DNA of 64,000 nucleotides from Actinomycetota bacterium (GCA_035249905.1 DATFFT010000011.1:3502-67501); one strand, 5' to 3'; positions 55,075 to 64,000 are shown, counted from the first letter of the stretch. Translations and numbers: made by a program. Notes: a model not told the origin generated them from the sequence alone.

Positions 55075-56694
55075 TCAGTGGCAGCTCGTCGAGCCGCTGT
55101 CGGTGAATGGGTTCCCGGGCACGGGAAGGAATTCCCATTCGTAGGAGCTCGCGCCCAGCCGGAGCTCGAGCACGCCGGCACCCTGCTTCGAGGCCGCCTG
55201 GCTCGTGGGCAGCCGGACCGAGTCGTGGAGCCCGCCGATGCTTTTCCCGCCCGTGCCCACGAGGAACTCGCGAACCCCGGTCGAGGTGGCCGTACCATCC
55301 ACGTCCTGTGGCGCGAACCGCTCGTAGAAGTGTGAGTTGCCGGCGAGCACGATCTCGGCGCCGTGCTCGTCGAGCAGCCTGAAGAACGGCTTGTAGGTGG
55401 TGTTCACCTGGGCGTCGACCTTCTTCCGCGACGCGAAGACCGGCATGTGCAGCGCCGCGAGGGTGCACTTCGACGTGCTCGCCTGCAGGTCGTCCTCGAG
55501 CCACTGGGCCTGCGGAGAGTTAGCGCCGCACCCCCCGACCTCGTCGCAGACGGAGTTCAGGATCGCCACGTGCCACGCCCCGAGGTCGAACGAGTAGTAG
55601 CCGTCGTTCGACTGATGTGCCCTGGCGCCCCAGTAACCGAAGTACCCGGCGGCGCCGGGCGTGCCGTACTCCTCGTCGCCCGCGGCCGGATACGTGATCG
55701 ACCTGTACTTCCCCCACGAGGGATCGTAGGAGCCGTTGTACTCCGCGGGAGTGCCTCGTTCGTACTGCAGGTCGCCCACCGCGATCACCGCGTCGGCGCC
55801 GGCGAGCAGGTCGGCCGTCGCTCTGTGGGCACACCGCTTGCGGGTCGGATCGTCGAACCTCGGGTCGCTCGGAGCGCAGGCGATGTCGCCCGCCGCGCGC
55901 AGCACGATCGTGCCGCCGCCACCTCCGCCGGGCGTCGTCACCTGCAGAGATGACGACGCCGTGTTCCCTGCCCCGTCGAACGCTACGACGGTGTACTCGT
56001 AGGTCGTCGACGCGGCGACGGAGTCGTCCGTGAACGTGGTGGCGGTCGTCGTGTCCAGCAGGACCGAATCGCGGCGGACGCGGTAGCCCTCGACCCCCAC
56101 GTCGTCGCTCGAGGCGTTCCACATCAACACCACCGTGGTGGCGGTGAAAGTCGTCGTCTGCAGGTTCCCGGGGGGCGAGGGATCCTGATCGTCGTCGGGA
56201 TCGGGCGGTTGTCCGGGCTCGCACGACTTCACGATGTCGCGCGCGTCGCTCGCGCAGCCGTCGTGCCCGCCGCCCCCCCGGAGCGTGTCGGCGCCGACCC
56301 CTCCTTCCAAGGTGTCGTCGCCGGCGCCGCCGCGGATGATGTCGTCGCCCCGGCCGCCGGCCAACCGGTCACGACCTCCTCCGCCCTTGAGGACGTCGTC
56401 ACCCGGGCCACCGATTATGCGGTCCTTGCCGTTCCCACCGCGCAGGATGTCGTCTCCCCTGCCGCCCCTGATGACGTCGGCCCCGCCGAAGCCGCAGATC
56501 ACGTCGTTCCGTGCCGTACCGACCAACACGTCGTTGCCCGGCGTGCCGAAGATCGTGCAGGCCGAGCCCGGGCCGGCGTTCGACATCGTCGGCACCGCCA
56601 ACGCCATGGATGCGAGAGCGCCGGTAACAGCGAGAGCGGCCCACTTCCTCGCTCTTCGCGTCGCCGGATCGACGGGCCGGGGGGATCCGCGCAT
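55075..56694 (-). CDS. Secreted RTX-repeat / fibronectin type III / calcineurin-like metallophosphoesterase protein
   Basis: Signal-like N-terminus with RR (TRRARKWAALAVTGALASMALA). About 7 GGxGxD nonapeptides (GGRGDDILRGGNGKDRIIGGPGDDVLKGGGGRDRLAGGRGDDIIRGGAGDD...). FN3-like PPGNLQTTTFTATTVVLMWNASSDDVGVEGYRV. Phosphoesterase motifs AAGDIAC, VGDLQYE and LAGNSHFYERF. Confidence 0.8.
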   Translation of the reverse strand: MRGSPRPVDPATRRARKWAALAVTGALASMALAVPTMSNAGPGSACTIFGTPGNDVLVGTARNDVICGFGGADVIRGGRGDDILRGGNGKDRIIGGPGDDVLKGGGGRDRLAGGRGDDIIRGGAGDDTLEGGVGADTLRGGGGHDGCASDARDIVKSCEPGQPPDPDDDQDPSPPGNLQTTTFTATTVVLMWNASSDDVGVEGYRVRRDSVLLDTTTATTFTDDSVAASTTYEYTVVAFDGAGNTASSSLQVTTPGGGGGGTIVLRAAGDIACAPSDPRFDDPTRKRCAHRATADLLAGADAVIAVGDLQYERGTPAEYNGSYDPSWGKYRSITYPAAGDEEYGTPGAAGYFGYWGARAHQSNDGYYSFDLGAWHVAILNSVCDEVGGCGANSPQAQWLEDDLQASTSKCTLAALHMPVFASRKKVDAQVNTTYKPFFRLLDEHGAEIVLAGNSHFYERFAPQDVDGTATSTGVREFLVGTGGKSIGGLHDSVRLPTSQAASKQGAGVLELRLGASSYEWEFLPVPGNPFTDSGSTSCH

Positions 56695-56773
56695 GCCCGA
56701 CCAACACTAAGTACCGGTCTCGTACCCGGCAAGGGCCATCGGTGCCATCGTCCCCGGCCGAAGGTCGGTTGCC

Positions 56774-58297
56774 TCACCGCTCGGTGACCTTGCGGACGGG
56801 GGTCGGCGTACCCGGCGGCCCGCCGGTCGCCGACGGGTACTCCGCCACGCCGATGCACGTGAACAACAACGCATCCAGCGGTTCGCCGAGCACGCTCGGC
56901 ACCTCGCTGTCGAGGAACGTCATCCCGGAGGCGCTCGCGCCGAGGGCGTACGCCAGCAGGTGCAGGCGACCCTCGACCAGGCCGGCGGCCAGGTTGACCT
57001 CGCGGTACTCGCGGTCGTCGAGCGTGCCGACGTCGGTCGCGGCGATCACGACGAACGCGGCGTCGCGAGCGAGATCCTGCTCGAGGCACACGCGGTACAG
57101 CTCCTCTCGCATCGCACCGGGACGGACCGGAGACGAGAGATCCGGCCATCGGTAGACACCGGGGGCCGGCCCGTGGACGTCGTGCACCACGACGAAGTGC
57201 GGGAGGTCCACGCCGCGCAGCGCCGCTCGCATGCACGTCACCAGCGTCGACTCGGGGAGTCCGCGGGTGGGGTCCATGCGGCGCTGGGAGCCGCGCGAGA
57301 GCACGACGGCCTCGACCGGTTCGGTTCCCTTCGCGGGCACGCGGACCGGATCTCCGGGACCCCACGGTGGTCCAAGCGTTGCGCGGTCCCCGGCCCGCTG
57401 TGCCGCAGTGACGAGCGGGAACTCGACCGGCGCCGCGTCGATCTCGCCTCCCGCGGTCGAGCCGGTCGCCTCGATCGCCGGGGCGCCGTCGCCGAGCGCC
57501 ACGACCGCCACCGGCCACTCGTGGATCCCATCGGCGCCGACGAGCGCGGTGACCGTGGAGTCGGGGAAGCGGGTGTGCAGCCGTGCGGCGACCCCGGCGG
57601 AATCGGCAACCGAGTGGAGTTGGGCGAGCATCGTGCCGGCGTCCCAGTACACGTGGCGGAACCCCCGCTCGCGGTAACGCCAGCCGGTCCGCCAGGGGAC
57701 GCCGGTGACGACCACGGTGGGCGCATCACCTGTCGGCGGCGGTCCGATCCGCACGAGGGCGTGGTCCTCGGGGTCGTACCAGTGCACGCCCGCCGGCAGC
57801 CCGGTGCCGCCGGGCACGATCACGTAGAGCTCGAGCGGGAAGCGGCCACCCGCGGATCCGGCTGCGCGGAACAGCCAGGTTCCGTACGGGCGTTCCATCG
57901 TCCGAACGACCCCGGCGGAGAGATGGAGCATCCGGGAGAGGCTGGGCAGATCCGGCTGAGTGCGGGCGACCCGTGCGATGCCCGCGAGGACGTCGAGGGT
58001 GGTGGCGGAGGTCGTCGGCAGGTCTCGGGGAAGCGGCACCCGAGGCAGCCTCGGGTCGTACCGCTTGTAGAACCACGGCAGGCGATCGAGGTCGTTCACC
58101 TCGAGATCCTGCAGCACGCGGGGGTCGTCGACCGCCTCGTCCCACTCGCGGCCGGGTTCGTAGGACGTGAGACGGTGCAGCGCCTGCGTCTCGGTCTCCT
58201 CGCGCGGGTTCACGGCCGGCACTGTAGACAGGGCGGGAGATGACCGGCGTTCGGCTCGTAGGGTGACCTGAGCGGTATCGCCGACGGAAGGAGCCAT
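56774..58297 (-). CDS. Tandem nitroreductase-fold protein, SagB/ThcOx-type dehydrogenase family
   Basis: There are two nitroreductase-like halves. The first has FRAAGSAGGRFPLELYVIV...HWYDPEDHALV...RHVYWDAGTMLAQL. The second has VLSRGSQRRMD...GVYRWPD...EVNLAAGLVEGRLHLLAYALGASASGM. The start is probably internal to the listed ORF. Confidence 0.68.
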   Translation of the reverse strand: MAPSVGDTAQVTLRAERRSSPALSTVPAVNPREETETQALHRLTSYEPGREWDEAVDDPRVLQDLEVNDLDRLPWFYKRYDPRLPRVPLPRDLPTTSATTLDVLAGIARVARTQPDLPSLSRMLHLSAGVVRTMERPYGTWLFRAAGSAGGRFPLELYVIVPGGTGLPAGVHWYDPEDHALVRIGPPPTGDAPTVVVTGVPWRTGWRYRERGFRHVYWDAGTMLAQLHSVADSAGVAARLHTRFPDSTVTALVGADGIHEWPVAVVALGDGAPAIEATGSTAGGEIDAAPVEFPLVTAAQRAGDRATLGPPWGPGDPVRVPAKGTEPVEAVVLSRGSQRRMDPTRGLPESTLVTCMRAALRGVDLPHFVVVHDVHGPAPGVYRWPDLSSPVRPGAMREELYRVCLEQDLARDAAFVVIAATDVGTLDDREYREVNLAAGLVEGRLHLLAYALGASASGMTFLDSEVPSVLGEPLDALLFTCIGVAEYPSATGGPPGTPTPVRKVTER

Positions 58298-58299
58298 TG

Positions 58300-59157
58300 A
58301 TGCTCGAACGGGACGGATACCCTCCCGGCGTTCCCTGCTGGGTCGACACCGGCCAGCCGGATCCGGACGCGGCGGTCGCGTTCTACGGTTCGCTGTTCGG
58401 GTGGGAGTTCGAGGAGCGCACCTCCACGGGCTCCGTGCCGTACTACATCGGCCGGCTTCGAGGGCGCGACGTCGCCGGCGTCGGCGGCCGATCTGACCGC
58501 ACGCAGGCGATGTCGGCGTGGACGACCTACGTCTGGGTACAGAGCACAGAGGAAACAGCCGAGAAGGTGAACGACGCCGGCGGAAGCCCGCTGGTCGACC
58601 CCTTCGATGTGCCAGGTGCCGGCCGTATGGGAGTGTTTTCGGACCCTTCCGGCGCCGTGTTCGGCGTCTGGCAGGCCCGAGAGCACAGGGGTGCCCAGCT
58701 CGTGAACGAGCCGGGCACCTGGAACTTCAGCGAGCTCAACACGGTCGACCCCGAGGGAGCGAAGGCGTTCTACGGCTCGGTGTTCGGTTGGGAGCTGAGC
58801 GATCTCGACGTCGACGGCGACGGCTCCGGGTTCTTCCGGATGCCCGGCTACGGCGAGTTCCTCGCGAGCCGCGACCCGGATCTCTACGAGCGCCAAGAGG
58901 GTGTCAGCGCCCCGGCGGGCTTCGAGGACGCCGTCGCCTGGCTGGTGCCGACCGAGCGCGAGGGGTCCGACGAGTCCCCGTCGCACTGGAGCATCACCTT
59001 CGCCGTCGACGACGCCGACGCGATCGCGGACCGGGCCGCTGAGCTCGGCGGAGCCGTGCTCGTGCCGCCCATGGATGCTCCGTGGGTCCGGATGACGGTG
59101 ATCCGCGATCCTCAAGGAGCGGTCTTCACGGCGAGCAGGTTCACCCCGCCCGCGTAG
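58300..59157 (+). CDS. Two-domain VOC (glyoxalase/bleomycin-resistance/dioxygenase) family protein
   Basis: ATG 58300, 7 nt after GGAAGGAG. Repeated pattern PGVPCWVDT...FYGSLFGWEF and PGTWNFSELNT...FYGSVFGWEL, with GRMGVFSDPSGAVFGVWQ. Confidence 0.8.
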   Translation: MLERDGYPPGVPCWVDTGQPDPDAAVAFYGSLFGWEFEERTSTGSVPYYIGRLRGRDVAGVGGRSDRTQAMSAWTTYVWVQSTEETAEKVNDAGGSPLVDPFDVPGAGRMGVFSDPSGAVFGVWQAREHRGAQLVNEPGTWNFSELNTVDPEGAKAFYGSVFGWELSDLDVDGDGSGFFRMPGYGEFLASRDPDLYERQEGVSAPAGFEDAVAWLVPTEREGSDESPSHWSITFAVDDADAIADRAAELGGAVLVPPMDAPWVRMTVIRDPQGAVFTASRFTPPA

Positions 59158-59180
59158 GATCGATCGGCGTCCGCGAGGGA

Positions 59181-60272
59181 TCAGGCCTTCACCGGATAGC
59201 TGTACCTGATCTTGGCCGTGACCACGGAACACGTGGACGTGGGCGGTGATCGCACGCGCAGGAACGACTGTGTGCCCGAGCGCCCCTTGCTCTTGCGGCA
59301 GCCGTAGATGCCGCCGTCGATCACGAACGAGACCGACTCGATCCGCTCGCCGGGCTTGAGGGCCCAGTTCCAATAGACGGAGATGTTGGCGTTCGCGCAC
59401 AGGATCTGGGTCTGCCCGGGCGGCTGGTCCCGCGAGACCACGCAGCCGCCGCCGATCGCCGTTCTCTGCTCGTCGCCGACTCGGGCGTAGGCACGCCCGG
59501 CCTTCTGCTTGGTGGCGGTCAGTCGGATCTTCCCCCTCGTGATCTCCACCTTCAGCGCCTTCGAAGTCATCGAAAGCCCGTCCGGGTCGGTCGCGCCGAT
59601 CTTCACGAAGTACGTGCCTTTGGGGGCGCGCGAGCCGCCCCGCTCCTTGCCGCCCCAGGTCCAGCCGTTCACGCCCTTGGCCAGCGGGCCGAGCTCCTCG
59701 GTGAGGATCGGGGCGCCGCAGCACCGGCCGTAGGTGTCGGCCCTGAACACGGTCACGTTCGTCTCTAACGTGTCGGCCGCGAGGGAGTAGCCGATCTTCG
59801 TCGTGTCCTTGTATCCGTCGTCGACGAGGGGGTAGAACGGCGACGGCTTCGCCGAGAGGTTCGAGACCAACGGGGGCAACAGGATGAACGCCGTGCTCGT
59901 CACCTCGGGTCCCCCGCTCTGGCGCCGGACGTCGATCTCGTACGTCGTTGGCGCCGCGACCGAGAGCTTCTTCCAGGGGAACGGGACCTCGTGCGGGGAC
60001 TCGTGAGTCTCAGGGTCGACGAGGTAGTCCTTGGTCTTGATGGGGGCCTTCCCGGGCCGTCGGAGCCGCACCGTGAAGATCGTGGCATCGTCCGGTTCGC
60101 CGAACGTGAAATCGCCGAACGTGAACGTGATCGTCGCCGGCCCCCCGTAGGGCGAATAGACGGTCTCGGGGACATCCACGATCGCTTCGAACGATGCTGA
60201 CGCGGGTGTCGCGACGATCACGCTCATCCCGAGCACGATCGCCACCAGGAACGCTGTCGCCCTCTTCCGCAT
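59181..60272 (-). CDS. Secreted hypothetical protein with FlgD-like Ig domain
   Basis: Signal peptide MRKRATAFLVAIVLGMSVIVATPASA. Central segment SPFYPLVDDGYKDTTKIGYSL...WTWGGKERGGSRAPKGTYFVKIGATDPDG resembles FlgD-Ig-type domains. Six Cys in the mature part. Confidence 0.55.
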   Translation of the reverse strand: MRKRATAFLVAIVLGMSVIVATPASASFEAIVDVPETVYSPYGGPATITFTFGDFTFGEPDDATIFTVRLRRPGKAPIKTKDYLVDPETHESPHEVPFPWKKLSVAAPTTYEIDVRRQSGGPEVTSTAFILLPPLVSNLSAKPSPFYPLVDDGYKDTTKIGYSLAADTLETNVTVFRADTYGRCCGAPILTEELGPLAKGVNGWTWGGKERGGSRAPKGTYFVKIGATDPDGLSMTSKALKVEITRGKIRLTATKQKAGRAYARVGDEQRTAIGGGCVVSRDQPPGQTQILCANANISVYWNWALKPGERIESVSFVIDGGIYGCRKSKGRSGTQSFLRVRSPPTSTCSVVTAKIRYSYPVKA

Positions 60273-60330
60273 AGGGAAGGTATCGGCATCGGCGGCCCCT
60301 CGCTCGACCTCCCGCTTCCTCGGTCAGACT

Positions 60331-61107
60331 GTGCCGGTGCCGACCGACCGTCTCGAACGCGTGACCCGGCGGCTGGCTGCCGCGGGATGCGTCGCCGCCC
60401 GAGCCGAGGCCGAGGAGCTCGTGGTCGCGGCCCGCGAGGAAGCTTCCCTCGAGGGGTTGATCGCGCGCCGGGAACGCGGCGAGCCCCTCGCCTGGATCGT
60501 CGGCTCGACGCGGTTCTGCGGCCGCACCCTCCACGTCGAACCGGGGGTCTACGTCCCGAGAGCGCAGAGCGAGGAGCTGGCCCGCCGGGCCGCCGCGCTC
60601 CTCGCCGGCAGCGACGGCGGGTGGGCGGCCGACCTCTGCACCGGCGCGGGGGCGATCGCTGCGTACCTCATGGCGGAGGTGCCCGCAGCCGCCGTCATCG
60701 GCGTCGACATCGATCCGGTCGCCGTCGCGTGCGCCCGTCGCAACGGCGTGCGAACCGTGCGAGGCGACCTCGATGGGCCGCTAGGTTCCGGAGCGTTCGA
60801 TGTCGTCACGGCCGTGGCGCCGTACGTCCCGACGCGCGACATGCGCCTGCTGCGGGCCGACGTCCGGCGATACGAGCCGCGCCTCGCGCTCGACGGCGGG
60901 GGCGACGGCCTCGACGTGGTCGGGAGGGTCGTCCGGGGCGCCGCCCGTCTCCTGCGACCGGGAGGATGGCTGCTCATCGAGCTCGGCGGCGATCAGGACC
61001 GGACGCTCGAGCAGGCCCTCTCCGCGGCGGGCTTCTCGGCGGCGGTGACCTGGTCCGACGACGACGGCGAGCTCCGCGGCCTGGCCGCGCGAGCTCAGCC
61101 GATGTAG
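60331..61107 (+). CDS. PrmC/HemK-related SAM-dependent methyltransferase with non-canonical substrate motif
   Basis: SAM site ADLCTGAGAIAAY and GVDIDP. VTAVAPYVP stands where PrmC has NPPY. Confidence 0.7.
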   Translation: MPVPTDRLERVTRRLAAAGCVAARAEAEELVVAAREEASLEGLIARRERGEPLAWIVGSTRFCGRTLHVEPGVYVPRAQSEELARRAAALLAGSDGGWAADLCTGAGAIAAYLMAEVPAAAVIGVDIDPVAVACARRNGVRTVRGDLDGPLGSGAFDVVTAVAPYVPTRDMRLLRADVRRYEPRLALDGGGDGLDVVGRVVRGAARLLRPGGWLLIELGGDQDRTLEQALSAAGFSAAVTWSDDDGELRGLAARAQPM

Positions 61108-61221
61108 CCCCCGACGGTCGACCGATCGCGTACCTCGGCATCGTCGGGGTCCATCCGCGAGCGTACCCGCCCGGACCGACCGGCGAACACGCCTCGTCAG
61201 GCGCCGCGTCGATGTGGGACC

Positions 61222-62721
61222 ATGACGGCCCTTCGCCACTGGCGCTCGCCTACGACCACTGGACGACGGTTGGCAGAGACCACGACACGGAAGCCACGCT
61301 CCCTCGCCCTGGTGGTGCTCGCCGCCGGCAAGGGGAAGCGGCTGAAGTCGGGTACGCCCAAGGTGCTGCATCCAGTCTGCGGGCGGCCGGCGCTGTGGCA
61401 CGTGCTGCAGGCCGGCCTCGCCGCGAAGCCAACCAAGGTGATCGTGGTCGTCGGACACGGCGCGAACGATGTTCGGTCCGAGGTCGCGAGCTGGAGGATC
61501 TCGCCGAGGCCGGTGTTCGTCGAGCAGACGCGACAGCTCGGCACCGGCCACGCCGTACGGGCCGCCGAGCGGGCGGTCGGTCGCACCGACGACGTCCTCG
61601 TGATGGGCGGCGACTTCGACCCGGTCACCGGCGACGACGTGAAACGCCTCGTCGCCTCCCACCGGCGGTCGACCGCCGCCGCGACGATCGCCTCCACCGT
61701 GCTCGACGACCCCGGTGGCTACGGGCGGGTCGTCCGCAGGGGCTCCCGGCTCGTCGAGGTCGTCGAGGACGTCGACGCCACCCCAGAGATCCGCTCGATC
61801 CGCGAGGTCTCGATCGTGCTCTTCGCGTTCCGGCGCCGCGAGCTGTTCGCCGCGCTTCCGCTGCTCGACCGCAGGAACCGCCAACGCGAGTACTACCTGA
61901 ACCGTGTGATCCCCGAGATGCTCGCGGCGGGCCGGAAGGTGAACGCGGTCTCGGTCGACACCGGGGGGGCGATGGGGCTGAACTCCCGCGCAGGGCTCGC
62001 CGCGGTCGAGGCGGTCGTTCGCGGGCGCATCAACGCCGGGCACATGGCCAACGGGGTCACGCTCGTCGATCCGGGCGCGACCTACATCGATGTCGACGTC
62101 GAGATCGGCCCCGACTCGGTGATCTACCCGAACACGTTCCTCGAACGCGGCTCTCTCGTCGGCGTCGCCTGCGGCATCGGTCCCTCCGTCGCGATGGCCT
62201 CCTCGACCGTCGGCGACGGCTCCGTGGTGCGCTTCTCGGTGCTCGAGGGCGCGCGCGTCGGCGCGGGCTGCGAGGTCGGTCCCTTCGCGCGGCTCCGCGA
62301 CGGAGCGGTGCTCGACGACGGCGTGCAGGTCGGGAACTACGTCGAGGTCAAGGCCACCACGCTCGGCCACGGCGCGAAGGCCAAGCACCTCACCTACCTC
62401 GGCGACGCCGAAATCGGCGAGGGCGCGAACATCGGCGCCGGCACCGTGACGGTGAACTACGACGGGTACGCGAAACACACGACGAAGGTGGGTTCCGGGG
62501 CGCGGATCGGTTCGGATACGATGCTGGTGGCGCCGGTGAGGGTCGGCCGCGACGCCAACACGGGAGCAGGATCGGTGATCACCAAGGACGTCCCCGACGG
62601 TGCGCTCGGGGTCGAGCGCGCCGAGCAGCGGAACGTCGAGGGGTACCGGAAGCGCAAGGACGAGGAGCACCGTCGCCGCAGCGGGCGACGCACGAAGAAG
62701 CCGGCGAAGAGGAAGGCATAG
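61222..62721 (+). CDS. glmU: Bifunctional GlcNAc-1-phosphate uridyltransferase / glucosamine-1-phosphate acetyltransferase
   Basis: LVVLAAGKGKRLKS, then C-terminal left-handed beta-helix hexapeptide repeats and a Lys/Arg-rich tail. The start may be TTG 61270 rather than ATG 61222. Confidence 0.9.
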   Translation: MTALRHWRSPTTTGRRLAETTTRKPRSLALVVLAAGKGKRLKSGTPKVLHPVCGRPALWHVLQAGLAAKPTKVIVVVGHGANDVRSEVASWRISPRPVFVEQTRQLGTGHAVRAAERAVGRTDDVLVMGGDFDPVTGDDVKRLVASHRRSTAAATIASTVLDDPGGYGRVVRRGSRLVEVVEDVDATPEIRSIREVSIVLFAFRRRELFAALPLLDRRNRQREYYLNRVIPEMLAAGRKVNAVSVDTGGAMGLNSRAGLAAVEAVVRGRINAGHMANGVTLVDPGATYIDVDVEIGPDSVIYPNTFLERGSLVGVACGIGPSVAMASSTVGDGSVVRFSVLEGARVGAGCEVGPFARLRDGAVLDDGVQVGNYVEVKATTLGHGAKAKHLTYLGDAEIGEGANIGAGTVTVNYDGYAKHTTKVGSGARIGSDTMLVAPVRVGRDANTGAGSVITKDVPDGALGVERAEQRNVEGYRKRKDEEHRRRSGRRTKKPAKRKA

Positions 62722-62734
62722 GGGAGAGCGCGCC

Positions 62735-63715
62735 GTGGAGATCATCACCAAGAAGCGGATGATGCTGTTCACCGGCACGATCCACCCCGCGCTGGGGCAC
62801 GAGATCGCCGACTGCCTGAGCGTGCCCGTCAGCGAATCGGAGCTGCGGCGCTTCGCCTCCGGTGAGATCTACTTCCGGGCGAAGGAGAGCGTGCGAGGCG
62901 CCGACGTGTTCGTCGTGCAGACCCACTACGACCCCGTGAACGAGGCCGTGATGGAGCAGCTCGTCATGCTCGACGCGATGAAGCGGGCCTCGGCCAAACG
63001 CATCAGCGCGGTGATCCCGTACTACGGCTACTCGCGCCAGGACAAGAAGGCCATCTCCCGCGAGCCGATCAGCGCGAAGCTCGTGGCCGACCTGCTCTCA
63101 ACCGCCGGCGCCGACCGCGTGGTCAGCGTCGACCTGCACTCCGGACAGATCCAGGGCTACTTCGACTCACCGTTCGACCACCTCACCGCCCTGCCGATCC
63201 TCTCGAACTACTTCCAGGACGAACTCGGGCTGCACGGCGACGACCTCGTCGTGGTGGCGCCCGACGCCGGCCGCATCAAGACCGCCGAGAAGCTGCGCGA
63301 GTACCTGCACGCCGACCTGGCGTTCCTCTACAAGCGCCGTAGCCGCAAGGAAGCGCACAAGATCGAGGAGATGACCGTGGTCGGCGAGGTCGACGGCCGT
63401 CCGTGCGTGATCGTCGACGACATGATCGACACGGCGAGCACCGTCTCGGAAGGCACGAAGGTGCTCGCCCAGATGGGCGCCGGCCCGATCTACGTCGGCG
63501 CGACCCACGGCATCTTCAGCGGGAAGGCTCGCCAGCTGCTCGAGGAGGCCCCGATCGAGCAGGTCGTCGTGACGAACACGGTGCCGATCCCCGAGGAGCG
63601 GCAGTTCGACAAGCTGAAGGTCCTGTCGATCGCTCCGTTGATCGCCAGCGCCCTGCGCGCCGTCTTCGAGGACTCGAGCGTCAGCGAAATCTTCGGCGGC
63701 GCAAACCAGGTCTAG
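62735..63715 (+). CDS. prs: Ribose-phosphate pyrophosphokinase
   Basis: GTG 62735, 6 nt after GGGGAGAG. Motifs VIPYYGYSRQDKK and CVIVDDMIDTASTV. Confidence 0.92.
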   Translation: MEIITKKRMMLFTGTIHPALGHEIADCLSVPVSESELRRFASGEIYFRAKESVRGADVFVVQTHYDPVNEAVMEQLVMLDAMKRASAKRISAVIPYYGYSRQDKKAISREPISAKLVADLLSTAGADRVVSVDLHSGQIQGYFDSPFDHLTALPILSNYFQDELGLHGDDLVVVAPDAGRIKTAEKLREYLHADLAFLYKRRSRKEAHKIEEMTVVGEVDGRPCVIVDDMIDTASTVSEGTKVLAQMGAGPIYVGATHGIFSGKARQLLEEAPIEQVVVTNTVPIPEERQFDKLKVLSIAPLIASALRAVFEDSSVSEIFGGANQV

Positions 63716-63799
63716 TCTGGCCTGGACTACTCGATCCGCGACCTCGTTGTTGGGCGGCCGCTTCCAGCGCCCTCGCTGCGACGGACACCGACGGATCGC

Positions 63800-64000
63800 T
63801 CAGATGGTCGCCGGTATCGCGGTCAGAGGGTGAGTGGGGCGTCGCCAAGTTCCCGGAGGTGTCTCGTATGTGCAGACGAGTTCAAGAGTCTGGGGCACGA
63901 TCTCATCCAGCACCAGCTCCATCCGCTGGCCGCCTGCCACTTCGATGGGCGCCATACCGGTTCCGAGGTCCAGGAACACCCGCTCGTTCGGAATGGCGTT
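63800..64000 (-). CDS. 3' end of an unidentified gene (start outside window)
   Basis: Hand-translated open frame ...NAIPNERVFLDLGTGMAPIEVAGGQRMELVLDEIVPQTLELVCTYETPPG... ending at TGA 63802-63800. GC3 is high in the first 45 codons. No family recognised. Confidence 0.3.
   Translation of the reverse strand, partial: NAIPNERVFLDLGTGMAPIEVAGGQRMELVLDEIVPQTLELVCTYETPPGTWRRPTHPLTAIPATI

Noticed and set aside
56774-58297. Calling the SagB-like gene evidence for a thiazole/oxazole RiPP (TOMM) biosynthetic cluster.
   Set aside because: No YcaO cyclodehydratase, docking protein, precursor peptide or transporter is visible in the flanking 10 kb. A single family member is insufficient.

Overview
GC-rich segment (roughly 70% by eye, not computed) with actinobacterial-type synteny. 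The first ~38 kb is almost entirely aerobic respiration.

It opens with the tail of a system II cytochrome c maturation pair (resB-ccsA). Next comes a caa3-type cytochrome c oxidase cluster (ctaC-ctaD-ctaE-subunit IV-ctaG), then a membrane-anchored triple cupredoxin and a TlpA-like thioredoxin. A fused heme A/heme O synthase lies convergent to these, with a divergent polyprenyl synthase beside it.

A 25.7 kb run of 26 co-directional, mostly stop/start-overlapping genes follows. It comprises a geranylgeranyl (menaquinone-type) reductase, a complete nuoA-N, a long-chain prenyl diphosphate synthase, and a second nuo-like set (A2-B2-C2-H2-I2-J2-K2-L2-M2-N2) with no D, E, F or G. A perfect Rex-type operator precedes this run.

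The remaining 26 kb is mixed. In order it holds:
- htpX and a HAD hydrolase
- a minus-strand aminotransferase / decarboxylase / GTP cyclohydrolase I / RibD_C cluster
- yajQ and tRNA-Tyr, followed by a visibly lower-GC stretch with ambiguous small ORFs
- a hemerythrin-like gene, a GNAT, and a zinc-ribbon / class III cyclase / ATPase / TPR regulator
- an alpha/beta-hydrolase remnant and a deazaflavin-type nitroreductase
- a fused MDR-reductase / pterin-dehydratase-like / VOC gene and a DUF885 protein
- an RTX-FN3-metallophosphoesterase exoprotein and a tandem SagB-like nitroreductase
- a VOC protein and an Ig-like secreted protein
- a PrmC-related methyltransferase, glmU and prs

I saw no CRISPR array, rRNA, or recognisable transposase or integrase.

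The observation I rate highest is the NuoD/E/F/G-less second complex-I-like gene set. A similar gene set exists in Streptomyces as far as I recall, and its function is unassigned. All calls rest on motif and family recognition by eye; no searches were run.
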